A DNA stretch of 64,000 bases from Armatimonadota bacterium (GCA_034722055.1 JAYENL010000198.1:1-64000), one strand, 5' to 3'. Counted from the stretch's first letter, positions 10,064 to 20,276 are shown. Made by a program: numbers and translations. Notes: generated by a model from the letters alone, not told the origin.

Positions 10064-13000
10064 CTACCTCCCCAGTTGCACGCAGCGGACGGCGCTGGCC
10101 TGCTGTCCATCGGGGCCGCGGGCCACGACTCGCACCAGATAGGTTCCGCCGGGAACGGCGCTGCCGGCCGAGCTGCGCCCGTCCCATGTGACCTGCTGCG
10201 CTCCGGCCGCCTGCTGGCGGTCGGCCAGCAGCCGGCGCACCGTACGGCCGGCGATGTTGAGGATCTCGATGTCAACCGAGGCGGCCCGCTGGAGAGTGTA
10301 GACGATCTCCGCCCCGCCCTCGCCGCCCACAGCAGTGAGGGCGCAGATCGCCAGCGGCTGGCCGTCGCTCTCAGCGATGCGAAGTGTGAACTGCCGCTCG
10401 GTCGGTTCATCCCCGACGTCATAGGTGTACCCCGTGCTCGTTCTGATGTAGACGGCCTCGCCGGTAGCCTCATCGACGAGGACCGGCCTGATGTCGGCGG
10501 GCAGCGTGCTCAGGTCCGGCCAGCTCAGCCTGACTGTGGCGCCGGGCATAGCGCAGGCGACCCGCATCGTCCACTCGCCCCCCGCATCCTCCTGGAAGTC
10601 GGTCGCCAGCCGGGCACCATTGGAGGCGGGCCGCACGAAGTAGAGGTCCAGGTCGGCGTCCGGCCGCGGCGGGGAGATCACTCCATTCAGCTCTGCCGCG
10701 CGCGAGCTCACACCCAGGAAGTTGTCGGTGTCCGCCACGTCCTCGGCTTCTGCCGCGATCTGCAGCACCCAGCCGTCCAGCGGCTCCGGCTCCTCGTCGG
10801 CCACCTGCGCCGGCGCCACCGGCCGCTTGAGGATCAACGTCGCCGGCCGCCGCGCCAGGAACAGCGCCCCGCGGCCCTTACTGAGCGTGGAGGTCGTGAA
10901 CGGGAGCTCCGTGCCCGTGATGAGCTGGTAACTTCGCTGGAACGGATCGTAGGTCCACGCGTAATCCCGCGTGTAGCCCAACTGGTTCGACGTCTGGAGG
11001 CTGATGGGGGTTCCCTGGCCGACTCCCGTCACCTCGGTGGCCGCGAAGTTCAGGTCCCGTACGAAGGGATTGCCCACCATGTTCCACCCGGCCGCCACCT
11101 GCTTCTGGAAGTCCCCCTCACCCGCCGCCGCACCGCTGACATTCACCAGCAGGGACCTGTCGCTCTTCAGCCACCACGCCCGCCCCAACGATTGGTTGAA
11201 GACGGAGGCGGTGGGGCGCTGGGAGTAGATGATGTACCCGCCGCCCCCCTCCATGGTGGGATCCCAGTAGGCGAGATTGGCGTTGTCATCGCCGTCGATT
11301 CCCAGGATGTCCGCGATCTCACTGCTGGCCGGGGTGGCGGGGACGGCGCCCACGGAGATGATCGACAGGCCCGGCGGGTAGTTGAAGGCGAAGTTCGGGT
11401 TCGAGACCGCCGGTCCGGCCGGCTCCACCGTCGCCTCCTCGTTCTCGTGGTCGTCCACACCCGTCACCGCGTACCAGTACTGCGTCCCGTCCTCGGTGGT
11501 GTCATCCACATAGCGCTGGCCCTCTTCAGGCAGAACAGTCGCCAGTGGCTCCATCTCGGCCACATCGGTGAAGGTGGCGAGTGAGCGGTAGATCCGATAC
11601 TCAGCCAGGTCGTCTGGGTAGTCGTAGCCGAACCAGCTCAGCGAGATGGACCCGCCGTCGTCCGCCTGGGTGTCAACGGCCGCCAGGGTCTCAATGGCCG
11701 GTGGCGGCAGGTCGTCGCGCGCCTCCGCCGGTCCGGCGACCTCGCTGGGCACCGAGTTGCTCGCGTCCACGGTCACGATCTGGTACCAGAAGGGAGTCTC
11801 GTCCGCAACCGGCGCGTTGACGTAGAAGTTCGTCCCGGGCTCAACCTGAGCAATCTGCGAGAAGCTCCCGGGGCTGCCCGGCACCGTGTCGCTCTCACCC
11901 GCGCGCAGCACGTTGTATTGCACCACGTCCCAGTCGTCATCCTCGGAGAGGCTCCAGGTGACGGTGATGCTGCCGCCCTCGTCGTTCATGGTGTCGAAGG
12001 CCTGCACGTTCTTCGCCGGCTCGGGTGGCACGTCCACCCCCACTGCCGCAGCGGTGTTGACGCGCCCGGTGCCCAGCGTCTCGAAGGTCAGTGGGTTCTC
12101 GTCGCTGATGTCGGTGGCGGTGCGGCGAATCTGGTTCACGATGTCGTCAACCGAGAAGGACGGGTACTGAGCCTTCACCAGCGCCGCCAGGCCGGCCGTA
12201 ATGGGACACGACATCGACGTGCCGCTCATCTGCGCATAGGGCGTGTCCAGGAACGGCAGGGACGGATGCTCGTAATAGGCGCTGAGCACGTCCACTCCCG
12301 GAGCCGAGACGTCCACGAGCTTGTAGTCTGAAGCATCGCGATTGGTGAAATCGGCGGCCAGGTCATTGGCGTCCGTGGCGGCCACGCCGATGACGAAGTT
12401 GTCCTCGCCCAGGTTGGGGCCGTCATTGCACACCGGAGAGCTCCAGGTCGAGGAATCGTTGGTGAAGACGGTGGACTCGTTCCCCGCGGCCGCTACCACT
12501 ACCACGCCAGCAGCGTGAGCGTTGGATATGACCGGCGTCCACATGTCAGTGAAGCCGCCGCCGAAGCTGCAACTGACGACGTCCGCGCCGTTGTCGATGG
12601 CGTACTGCACGGCCGTCATGTTGATGCTGCTGAGCCCGTAGCCCAGGGCTCCCATGGAGCGGACCATCATCAACCGGCAGCTCCAGTCGTGGCCGGCGAC
12701 GCCCTCAGCGTTGTTGGTGCTGGCTCCCACCAGACCGCCACAGTGACTGCCGTGTGAGACCGCTCCGGGGAAGTAATCTACGAAGGGAGTGGAGCCCGGC
12801 GGTGGGGCCGCGTCGGGGTCGTTGTCGCCGTCCCAGAAGTCCCAGCCGTTGATATCATCAACGTAGCCGTTCCCGTCATCGTCAACGCCCGGCATCCCGG
12901 CCTCTTCGGCCGCGTTGACCCAGTACTTGTCAACCAGGTCCGGGTGGTCCGGATCGTAGCCGGTGTCAACGACCGCCACCACCACCGATGAGGAGCCGGT

Positions 13001-13489
13001 CTGCATGTCCCAGCCTGCCGGGGAATCCATCAGGTTCCACTGGTACTGCTCAGCGTACAGCGGGTCGTCGGGCACCACTTGAAGATACATGACTCTGTCC
13101 GGCCCTGCGGCGGCGATGACGGCCTCGCCAGAGAGCTTGCTCACGCCCTCGGTCACCGACATCCCGGCCGGCAGCTCCACGACCGCGATGGGCGTGTGGG
13201 GGATGATCTGCTGCAGAGAGCACTCGTGCTTCTGCAACGCGGCCGTAATGTCGGCCATGGTGGCGTTGGCCGCAACCTGCACCAGCAGCTGGCCCGAAGC
13301 GGCTTCATCCGGTACGAGTCTGAAGCCGCCCCCGGGGGCCGGCACCCGAACCATCTTGGGGCTGACGACCTCCGTCTCGATGTTCGCCGCCAGGGCCGTG
13401 GCGCCGATGAGGACAATGAATGCGAGGGCGATCGGGCAGACGACCGAGGATCGGCGGTGGAGACTGGCGTAGCGTCGGCGCAGCATCAT
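10064..13489 (-). CDS. Secreted S8 subtilase paralogue with FN3-like repeats and FlgD-Ig-like tail
   Basis: Triad VVDTG / SHGSHCGG / SGTSMS and AAAGN. Same C-terminal module as the neighbour. RBS ggagg before MMLRRR. Confidence 0.9.
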   Translation of the reverse strand: MMLRRRYASLHRRSSVVCPIALAFIVLIGATALAANIETEVVSPKMVRVPAPGGGFRLVPDEAASGQLLVQVAANATMADITAALQKHECSLQQIIPHTPIAVVELPAGMSVTEGVSKLSGEAVIAAAGPDRVMYLQVVPDDPLYAEQYQWNLMDSPAGWDMQTGSSSVVVAVVDTGYDPDHPDLVDKYWVNAAEEAGMPGVDDDGNGYVDDINGWDFWDGDNDPDAAPPPGSTPFVDYFPGAVSHGSHCGGLVGASTNNAEGVAGHDWSCRLMMVRSMGALGYGLSSINMTAVQYAIDNGADVVSCSFGGGFTDMWTPVISNAHAAGVVVVAAAGNESTVFTNDSSTWSSPVCNDGPNLGEDNFVIGVAATDANDLAADFTNRDASDYKLVDVSAPGVDVLSAYYEHPSLPFLDTPYAQMSGTSMSCPITAGLAALVKAQYPSFSVDDIVNQIRRTATDISDENPLTFETLGTGRVNTAAAVGVDVPPEPAKNVQAFDTMNDEGGSITVTWSLSEDDDWDVVQYNVLRAGESDTVPGSPGSFSQIAQVEPGTNFYVNAPVADETPFWYQIVTVDASNSVPSEVAGPAEARDDLPPPAIETLAAVDTQADDGGSISLSWFGYDYPDDLAEYRIYRSLATFTDVAEMEPLATVLPEEGQRYVDDTTEDGTQYWYAVTGVDDHENEEATVEPAGPAVSNPNFAFNYPPGLSIISVGAVPATPASSEIADILGIDGDDNANLAYWDPTMEGGGGYIIYSQRPTASVFNQSLGRAWWLKSDRSLLVNVSGAAAGEGDFQKQVAAGWNMVGNPFVRDLNFAATEVTGVGQGTPISLQTSNQLGYTRDYAWTYDPFQRSYQLITGTELPFTTSTLSKGRGALFLARRPATLILKRPVAPAQVADEEPEPLDGWVLQIAAEAEDVADTDNFLGVSSRAAELNGVISPPRPDADLDLYFVRPASNGARLATDFQEDAGGEWTMRVACAMPGATVRLSWPDLSTLPADIRPVLVDEATGEAVYIRTSTGYTYDVGDEPTERQFTLRIAESDGQPLAICALTAVGGEGGAEIVYTLQRAASVDIEILNIAGRTVRRLLADRQQAAGAQQVTWDGRSSAGSAVPGGTYLVRVVARGPDGQQASAVRCVQLGR

Positions 13490-13556
13490 GTCTGACGCCT
13501 CCCCACGGAGGATGTATGGCTCTCCGACCGGCTTTTCCGGGGCTGGAATCGAGCCG

Positions 13557-13585
13557 ATGATACCAACTTCACAATGGCATGTCAA
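13557..13585 (-). promoter_or_regulatory. Sigma70-type promoter for the subtilase unit
   Basis: Minus strand TTGACA-N17-TATCAT with an extended -10 TG. Confidence 0.8.
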
Positions 13586-13807
13586 CTTCGTCCGCGACCA
13601 CAGACCTCTCCCCCGGCTCCGGGCTGTCACCAATCGCCGGACTCGCGCCGCGCCCATCGCCCCCGAACCGAGAACCCCGGGAAACGCCGCGTGCTCGCGC
13701 CCGCCCAGCTTACCCAACTGACATACGACATACACTGAGCTATCAGGCGCCCACCCAATGGCTCGACGCGTGGTCCGGCCGGCCCGGCACTCCCCGGTGC
13801 GTCGGGA

Positions 13808-14023
13808 TCAGTCCTCCTCCTGCTCCTCCTCGGCCTCTTCGGCCTCCTCGTCCTCCACCTCCACAACCACCATGCCGCGGCCGCCGCAGTAGGAGCAGCG
13901 CACCGCCGCGTGGCTCCGGCGCCCCCTGCCCGCCGCCCGCAGGCAGTCAGGACAGCTCCGGCCGCCGCTCCTCGTGCAGGTCCCCTGTCCTCCACAATGC
14001 TCGCATTCTACAAGCTTCCTCAT
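13808..14023 (-). CDS. Small Cys-rich protein with DnaJ-type zinc-finger motifs and acidic tail
   Basis: CEHCGGQG and CSYCGGRG (CxxCxGxG), central CPDC, RBS gaggagga. Confidence 0.75.
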   Translation of the reverse strand: MRKLVECEHCGGQGTCTRSGGRSCPDCLRAAGRGRRSHAAVRCSYCGGRGMVVVEVEDEEAEEAEEEQEED

Positions 14024-14045
14024 CGACCAGTCCTCCTCAAGCCGA

Positions 14046-16163
14046 CTATCCGGAGGCGCTCTCCGTCCACGGCTCCAGCGCCTCCGGCGGCATGGTCCAT
14101 GTCCGGTCGCCCTCCACGTCCCCGGCGTCGAGCACTGACCGGGCCTCTCCCATCGGGATCTCGCCCACCAGCTCCTCGGGGATGGCGCCTACCGCCCGCC
14201 GGGCGCGCTCCAGGAGGGATTTCAGACGCTCTCCGTGCCGTGCCAGCCCCGCCTGGGTGGGCGTCGCCGAACGCACCATCCTCACCAGGACGGCCGCCGC
14301 CGTCGGCAGCTTCCCCTCCGGCGCGTCAGCGCGAAGCACCGCCCCCTCCCAGCAGGTGGCCGCCACGGGGACCGGGGCGCGGGCCGTGGCCGCCACGTAG
14401 AGCCTCTCGCGCCGCCCGGCGGCGGAGCTTCCTCGCACCAGCACATGCTGACCGGCCGCCTCGGCACCCGTCAGCAGCCCGGCAATGGCGCTCGAGGGCG
14501 GACCGGCCTCCACCTCGGCATCGTCCAGGCTCCGCGGATGGCGGGCCAGCAGCAGCTCCCGCACCATTGCGTCCGGCTCCCGCCGCCGGTAGATCATCAG
14601 CGCCCTCCCCGCGTCCGGCGCGGAGTAGCGCTCACCCTCGCGCCATCCCAGGCTCTCCAGCAGCGGCGTCAGCGCCCGGAAGCGGGGCATGATGGGCTGG
14701 TGCCAGGCCACGTGCATCCCGGACGCGCCCGACTCCATCCCGTCGATCTCGATGCTCAGATCCCCGCCCTCCTCGCGAAGCCCCCCGCGGGCCTCCCAGC
14801 GCTCCGGGAGGCGCCACGTCAGCGCCGCAGCCTCCCCGGTCACCGGCTGCTCCCCCACCTCCGGCACCAGCCACACGCCGGGCCGGAAGCTGGCGGCCAC
14901 ACGCCGCAGGGCCTCAAGCCGGTCCGGGTCTGCCGCGGCGGCCGCTACCAGCAGGCCGTCGCGGCCGTCGCTCGTAAGCGTCGCCAGCAGTCGCATATCG
15001 CCAGCCGTGACAGCGTCCAGGAAGGCCGTGGTCCCGGCCACGTCGGCAGCCAGCGACGTCCCGGCCAGGTCCAGGCCCGGCAGGCGCCGCACCAGCTCCT
15101 CAAGCGTGGAGCCGCTGGCCCGCACGCCCATCAGCGGCCACATGTAGAGGGCTCCGGGCCGCCGGTCGGCGGGCTCGATCACGATTACCCCTTCCAGCAC
15201 GCGAATGCTCCAGTCCGCCGGGATCGAGACCACGAAGCCGTGGGGGTCCACCCGCCGGATCCAGGTCGTCGCACCCATCTCCGGCTCACCGACCGTCGGC
15301 GTCGCCCCCTCGACCTCCGCCTCGAGCCTGCTGGTCTCGGGCGACGCCCCACTGCCCTCCGTCGGCGCCGCACCGGTGGCCGGCCCGCCCTCGTCGGGCG
15401 GCGCGGGGACCTCCTCCTCGGGCTCGCGCTCGGGGGGCTCGGGCGGCCTGGGAATCTCAGCTTCCGGTTGCTCTGTCTCGCCCTCCGGCGCAGCCTCTTC
15501 GGGCTCCGGCGGCTCGGCGTCCTCAGCGGGCGCAGGCTCCGGGGCCCCGGGCGCCGCCAGCTCGGGCTCGTCCGGCTCCACCTCGGGCTCGGGCACGGGA
15601 GGCGCCGGCTCCGGCGCGGCCCCGGCGGGCCCCGGGCGGAAGGAGCGCATCATCCGATCCAGCAGCTCCCGGCGCAGCTCTGCGAGCCTCTCGCGCGACG
15701 TGAATGTCCCCAGCACCCAGTGCTTCCCCTCGCTGGCGTAGGCAGCGAAGATGCTGGTCTGATGGACCCCCCGTGAGCGCACGCGCCCCACGACCACCAT
15801 CGCCGTGCGCCCGTCCTCGGTCTCGATCTCCTCCATTGAATCCCGGCGGTAATCGACCACACGCCCCAGCACACCCTCGTGCTCCACGGCCGCCTTCTCG
15901 GGCGTGGCCGGGTTGCGCAGCGCGTCCCAGGCCACCACCTCCACGATCGGCCCCGTATCCGGCGGTACCAGGCGCGCCCCTCGGCCCTGCACCGCCACCA
16001 GCTCCCAGCCATCGGGAGCCTCCACGGAGAACCCCGGGGCCGGGCAGCTCAGGCGCCTCCAGTGCTCATCCGCCGGCCAGGCGGCCGCCGCCAGCAGCGC
16101 CAGCACCCCCACCCAGCAACCTCGGGGGGGAAGACGGTAGGCCCGCGACGAAACCAATATCAT
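14046..16163 (-). CDS. Hypothetical secreted protein with Pro/Glu-rich linker and PsbP-like segments
   Basis: Signal-like N-terminus. Repeated GF(S/V)VxxPxxW...SFRPG segments flank a PEPE-rich linker. Confidence 0.65.
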   Translation of the reverse strand: MILVSSRAYRLPPRGCWVGVLALLAAAAWPADEHWRRLSCPAPGFSVEAPDGWELVAVQGRGARLVPPDTGPIVEVVAWDALRNPATPEKAAVEHEGVLGRVVDYRRDSMEEIETEDGRTAMVVVGRVRSRGVHQTSIFAAYASEGKHWVLGTFTSRERLAELRRELLDRMMRSFRPGPAGAAPEPAPPVPEPEVEPDEPELAAPGAPEPAPAEDAEPPEPEEAAPEGETEQPEAEIPRPPEPPEREPEEEVPAPPDEGGPATGAAPTEGSGASPETSRLEAEVEGATPTVGEPEMGATTWIRRVDPHGFVVSIPADWSIRVLEGVIVIEPADRRPGALYMWPLMGVRASGSTLEELVRRLPGLDLAGTSLAADVAGTTAFLDAVTAGDMRLLATLTSDGRDGLLVAAAAADPDRLEALRRVAASFRPGVWLVPEVGEQPVTGEAAALTWRLPERWEARGGLREEGGDLSIEIDGMESGASGMHVAWHQPIMPRFRALTPLLESLGWREGERYSAPDAGRALMIYRRREPDAMVRELLLARHPRSLDDAEVEAGPPSSAIAGLLTGAEAAGQHVLVRGSSAAGRRERLYVAATARAPVPVAATCWEGAVLRADAPEGKLPTAAAVLVRMVRSATPTQAGLARHGERLKSLLERARRAVGAIPEELVGEIPMGEARSVLDAGDVEGDRTWTMPPEALEPWTESASG

Positions 16164-16276
16164 GGCAGATTAGCGTCTCTTCGTGAAGGATGCCTGCAAC
16201 AGGTATGCTATTCGGCTCCACCCTTGCGGGCTCCTTCCTGCGGTGAGATGTGTCTTAGCGGATGGAGGGGTCGGCG

Positions 16277-18349
16277 GTGCAGCACCAGCATCACAATCAC
16301 CACCAGCATCATGATCACGAGGGGCACGAGCAGGCAGGACGTGAGCACCAGGGACATGAGGGCCACGAGGATCACGCCGGGCACCACGAGATGATGGTGG
16401 CCGACTTCCGCACCCGCTTCTGGGTCAGCCTATTCCTGACAGTGCCGCTCCTGGCGCTGTCACCGACCATCCAGCAGTGGGCCGGGCAGCTCACCGGCCT
16501 CCCGGCACTGACCTTCCCCGGGGACAGCTACGTGCTCCTCGCGCTGGCCATCGCTATCTACGCCTACGGCGGCTGGCCGTTCCTGTCGGGGATGATCGAT
16601 GAGCTGCGCGGGGGACGGCCCGGAATGATGACCCTCATCGCCGTCGCCATCAGCGTGGCGTTCTTCTACTCCGGCGCCGTGACGCTGGGCGTGGAGGGAA
16701 AGGTCTTCTTCTGGGAGCTGGCCACGCTCATCGACGTCATGCTGCTGGGCCACTGGATCGAGATGCGGTCGGTGATGGGCGCGTCCCGGGCGCTGGAGGA
16801 GCTGGCGAGGCTCATGCCCGATGAGGCGCACCGCATCACCGAGGGCGGCGAGACCGAGGAGGTCCCCACACATGAGCTGCAGACCGGCGACCGCATCCTG
16901 ATCAAGCCCGGGGAGAAGGTCCCCGCTGACGGGACCATCATGGGGGGTGAGAGCGCCCTCAACGAGTCCATGCTCACCGGCGAGACCACGCCCGTGGAGA
17001 GGAGCCCCGGCGAGGAGGTCATCGGCGGCTCCATCAACGGCGACGGCTCGCTGACCGTGCAGGTGGAGAGGACCGGCGAGGAGAGCTACCTCTCGCAGGT
17101 CATCAGCATGGTCGAGGAGGCCCAGCAGTCGCGCTCGCCCGGCCAGGACCTCGCCAACCGGGCCGCCCTGTGGCTGACCATCATCGCCATCAGCGCCGGC
17201 GGCATCACCTTCGTGGCCTGGCTGCTGGGCTCCGCGCACGAGCTGGAGTTCGCCCTGGAGCGGTCCATCACCGTCATGGTCATCACCTGCCCCCATGCCC
17301 TGGGGCTGGCGATCCCGCTGGTGGTCGCGGTCTCCACGGCCATCGGCGCCAGGCGCGGCCTACTGGTGCGCGACCGCAACGCCTTCGAGCAGGCCCGCAG
17401 CATCCAGGCGGTGGTCTTCGACAAAACCGGCACCCTCACCGAGGGCCGCTTCGGTGTGGAGGCCGTGGCGCCGATCGGCGACCGGAGTGAGGAGCAGGTG
17501 CTGGCCCTCGCGGCGGCGGTGGAGGCGCACTCCGAGCATCCCATCGCCGACGGCATCTCGCGAGCGGCCGCGGAGCGCGGGCTGGATGTGCCCGAGGTGA
17601 GCGACTTCGAGGCCATCAAGGGCAAGGGCGCCCGCGGCAGTGTCGATGGCCGACAGGTGCTCGTCGTCAGCCCCGGCTATCTGCAGCAGGAGGACATTCC
17701 CGTCCCGGAGGAGGCCACTGCGCAGGTCGCCGGGGAGGGCCGCACGGTGGTCTACGTCCTGGACACGGGTCAGGTCCTCGGGGCCATCGCGCTGGCCGAC
17801 ATCATCCGCGAGGAGTCACGCGAGGCCATCGACCGGCTCGGCGCGGCGGGCATCCAGGCCATGATGCTCACCGGCGACAATGAGGACGTCGCGCGCTGGG
17901 TGGGCGGGGAGCTGGGGCTGGACGACTACTTCGCCGGGGTGTTGCCTGACGAGAAGGCCGCCAGGGTCCGGCAGGTGCAGGACCGGGGTCTGATGGTGGC
18001 GATGGTCGGCGACGGCGTCAATGACGCTCCCGCACTGGCCCAGGCCGACGTAGGCGTGGCTATCGGCGCCGGGACGGACGTGGCCATCGAGACCGCCGAT
18101 GTGGTGCTGGTCAAAAGCGACCCCCGCGCGGTGGTGGACATGCTGGGCCTCTCGCGAGCCACCTGGGGGAAGATGGTGCAGAACCTGTTCTGGGCCACCG
18201 GCTACAACGCCGTCGCGATTCCGCTGGCGGCGGGGGTGCTGGCGGGCTGGGGGATCATCCTCCCGCCGGCGGTAGGCGCGATCATTATGTCCGCCAGCAC
18301 CGTCATCGTCGCGGTCAATGCCCGATTGCTCCGGATGCCGGGCGCGTAG
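16277..18349 (+). CDS. copB: Copper-translocating P1B-3 type ATPase
   Basis: His-rich N-terminus, TGE, CPH, DKTGT, SEHP, GDGVNDAPAL, YN and MSxST motifs. GTG start after ggagggg (alternative ATG at 16262). Confidence 0.92.
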   Translation: MQHQHHNHHQHHDHEGHEQAGREHQGHEGHEDHAGHHEMMVADFRTRFWVSLFLTVPLLALSPTIQQWAGQLTGLPALTFPGDSYVLLALAIAIYAYGGWPFLSGMIDELRGGRPGMMTLIAVAISVAFFYSGAVTLGVEGKVFFWELATLIDVMLLGHWIEMRSVMGASRALEELARLMPDEAHRITEGGETEEVPTHELQTGDRILIKPGEKVPADGTIMGGESALNESMLTGETTPVERSPGEEVIGGSINGDGSLTVQVERTGEESYLSQVISMVEEAQQSRSPGQDLANRAALWLTIIAISAGGITFVAWLLGSAHELEFALERSITVMVITCPHALGLAIPLVVAVSTAIGARRGLLVRDRNAFEQARSIQAVVFDKTGTLTEGRFGVEAVAPIGDRSEEQVLALAAAVEAHSEHPIADGISRAAAERGLDVPEVSDFEAIKGKGARGSVDGRQVLVVSPGYLQQEDIPVPEEATAQVAGEGRTVVYVLDTGQVLGAIALADIIREESREAIDRLGAAGIQAMMLTGDNEDVARWVGGELGLDDYFAGVLPDEKAARVRQVQDRGLMVAMVGDGVNDAPALAQADVGVAIGAGTDVAIETADVVLVKSDPRAVVDMLGLSRATWGKMVQNLFWATGYNAVAIPLAAGVLAGWGIILPPAVGAIIMSASTVIVAVNARLLRMPGA

Positions 18350-18435
18350 CTGCAGGCGACGGGCTCCAAGCTACAAGCAACGGCAGACGACAGCGACGAG
18401 CCACGACCGAGCAGTGTCGCTATCATGTTCTTGAG

Positions 18436-18822
18436 GTGAGGGGCTACGCGCCCTCCCGGGCGTTGTCGTTCGCCCAGTCGTCTGGAGGGGCCGGTCTCCG
18501 TCCCGGCCCGGTCGTTGTGGTTTGCCGTTGCCGTCGCGACCCGGCCGCTGTTGGGGCAAGACGCCCATGCCGCGCAGCAACCAACGACCCCCGACAACGG
18601 CGCACGGACAGGAGTGTCCGTGCCACGGAACGGCAGAGGGCGCTCGTCCATCGTTGCCGTCTCCCCCTCTCCCGCCTGAGACCGCTTGCGGTCTCCAGGG
18701 GGAGGGGGATGAGCGTGCCTCGCACGCTCAGGGGGAGGGGACGTCGTTGCCGCCGCCACGCATCAGCAAACACGACCCCCAACAACGGCGCACGGACAGG
18801 AGTGTCCGTGCCACGGAACGGC
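18436..18822. repeat. Mosaic intergenic REP-like cluster
   Basis: GGAG unit at 18483-18516. A 51-bp direct repeat at 18584-18634 and 18772-18822 (1 mismatch) contains the hairpin GCACGGACA-ggag-TGTCCGTGC. A CCCCCTCTCCC...GGGGGAGGGG element lies at 18661-18740. Confidence 0.85.
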
Positions 18823-18920
18823 GGACGCGGAGGGAGGAGATCGCGGCGCGGCCGCCGCAATACCTCGCTTGCGGGCTCATCGCTCGCGTACCCACACGGA
18901 CGAACCGGGAGGCGGAAGTC

Positions 18921-20276
18921 ATGATGCATGCGGCGCTTGCAGCTCCTGGGTCTCTGCTGCTGCTCGCGTTCGGCGCGTTCCTTCTCGCCGGCGAAGGCGA
19001 AGCTGAGGCACAGGCGACGGTGGTCGTGGAGCCGGAGGAGATCGATGACATCCTCGTGAATCCGGGGCGGGGCTGGACGACCTTCCACCGCTTCAACGAG
19101 GACCATTCGCCCGACGAGTATCCCCCAACCTCCATCGCCTACTTCCGGTGGTACTGGGATGTGCTGGAGCCGGAGGAGGGGCAGTACAACTTCGAGGTCG
19201 TGGACGCGGCCATCGACGGGGCCAGACAGAACGGCCAGAAGCTGGCCTTCCGCATCATGACCTGCAACGGTGAGCCCAAGGTCCCGCAGTGGTACCGCGA
19301 CCTCGGCGCGCCGGGCAACGAGTTCAACGACGGGAAGAGCTGGCAGCCCGACTACAGCGCCCCGATCTATCTCGAGAAGCAGGCCGCACTCGTCGAGGCC
19401 TTCGGCGAGCGCTATGACGGGCACCCGGACGTCGATCACGTGGACATCGGCTCCATGGGCCGGTGGGGGGAGTGGCACACCTCCCAGACGGGCGTGGAGC
19501 CGCCGCCCTTCGAGGTCCAGAGGCGCATCGTGGACATGTACCTGCAGGCCTTCCAGGAGACGCCGCTGGTGATGCTCATCGCGCAGAGGGATGCGCTGGC
19601 CTACGCCGTGGACCACGGCGCCGGGTGGCGTGCGGATTGTTTGGGCGACATGCGCGAGGGCTGGTGCCACATGGACTACTACCCGGAGCAACTGGCCGCG
19701 GCCGGCGTGGAGGACGCCTGGAGGAGCGCCCGCGTGGTCTTCGAGACCTGCTGGACCATGCAGCACTGGAAGGACCAGGGCTGGGACGTCGAGGAGATCT
19801 TCCGCCGCGCGCTGGAGATGCACCCGTCGGTGGTGAACAACAAGTCCTCGGCGGTGCCTGCCGAGTGGTGGCCGCAGGTCCGCGAGTTCACGAAGAAGAT
19901 GGGCTACCGCCTGGTTCTGAGGCGCCTGGGGCATCCGCCGACCGCAGCGCCGGGGGACCGGCTGGAGCTGGCGATGTCCTGGGAGAACGTGGGCGTGGCC
20001 CCCTGCTACGACGCCTATCCGCTGGTGGTTGAGCTCCTCAGCGATGCAGGACAGCGCCATCGGCTGAGGACCGACGTGGATGTGCGGCAGTGGCTGCCGG
20101 GCACGCACGAGGTGACCGCGCAGATTGAGCTGCCCGGCGACCTGCCGGCGGGCGAGTACGCGCTGAGGCTGGCCTTCGTGGACCCTGACACTGGCGAGCC
20201 CGCGCTGAAGCTGGCCATCGCTGGCAGGGAGGACGATGGCTGGTACGCCCTCAGCCGCCTAACCGTGGCTGAGTGA
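18921..20276 (+). CDS. Secreted DUF4832-type putative glycoside hydrolase (GH42-like barrel)
   Basis: NPGRGW, YFRWYWDVLEPEEGQYNF, GRWGEWH, MGYRLVL and WENVGVAPCY. RBS ggagg. Confidence 0.75.
   Translation: MMHAALAAPGSLLLLAFGAFLLAGEGEAEAQATVVVEPEEIDDILVNPGRGWTTFHRFNEDHSPDEYPPTSIAYFRWYWDVLEPEEGQYNFEVVDAAIDGARQNGQKLAFRIMTCNGEPKVPQWYRDLGAPGNEFNDGKSWQPDYSAPIYLEKQAALVEAFGERYDGHPDVDHVDIGSMGRWGEWHTSQTGVEPPPFEVQRRIVDMYLQAFQETPLVMLIAQRDALAYAVDHGAGWRADCLGDMREGWCHMDYYPEQLAAAGVEDAWRSARVVFETCWTMQHWKDQGWDVEEIFRRALEMHPSVVNNKSSAVPAEWWPQVREFTKKMGYRLVLRRLGHPPTAAPGDRLELAMSWENVGVAPCYDAYPLVVELLSDAGQRHRLRTDVDVRQWLPGTHEVTAQIELPGDLPAGEYALRLAFVDPDTGEPALKLAIAGREDDGWYALSRLTVAE

Noticed and set aside
13720..13733. gacatac direct repeat upstream of the subtilase promoter
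   Set aside because: Only two 7-mers, about 135 nt from the -35 box, which is too weak to call an operator.
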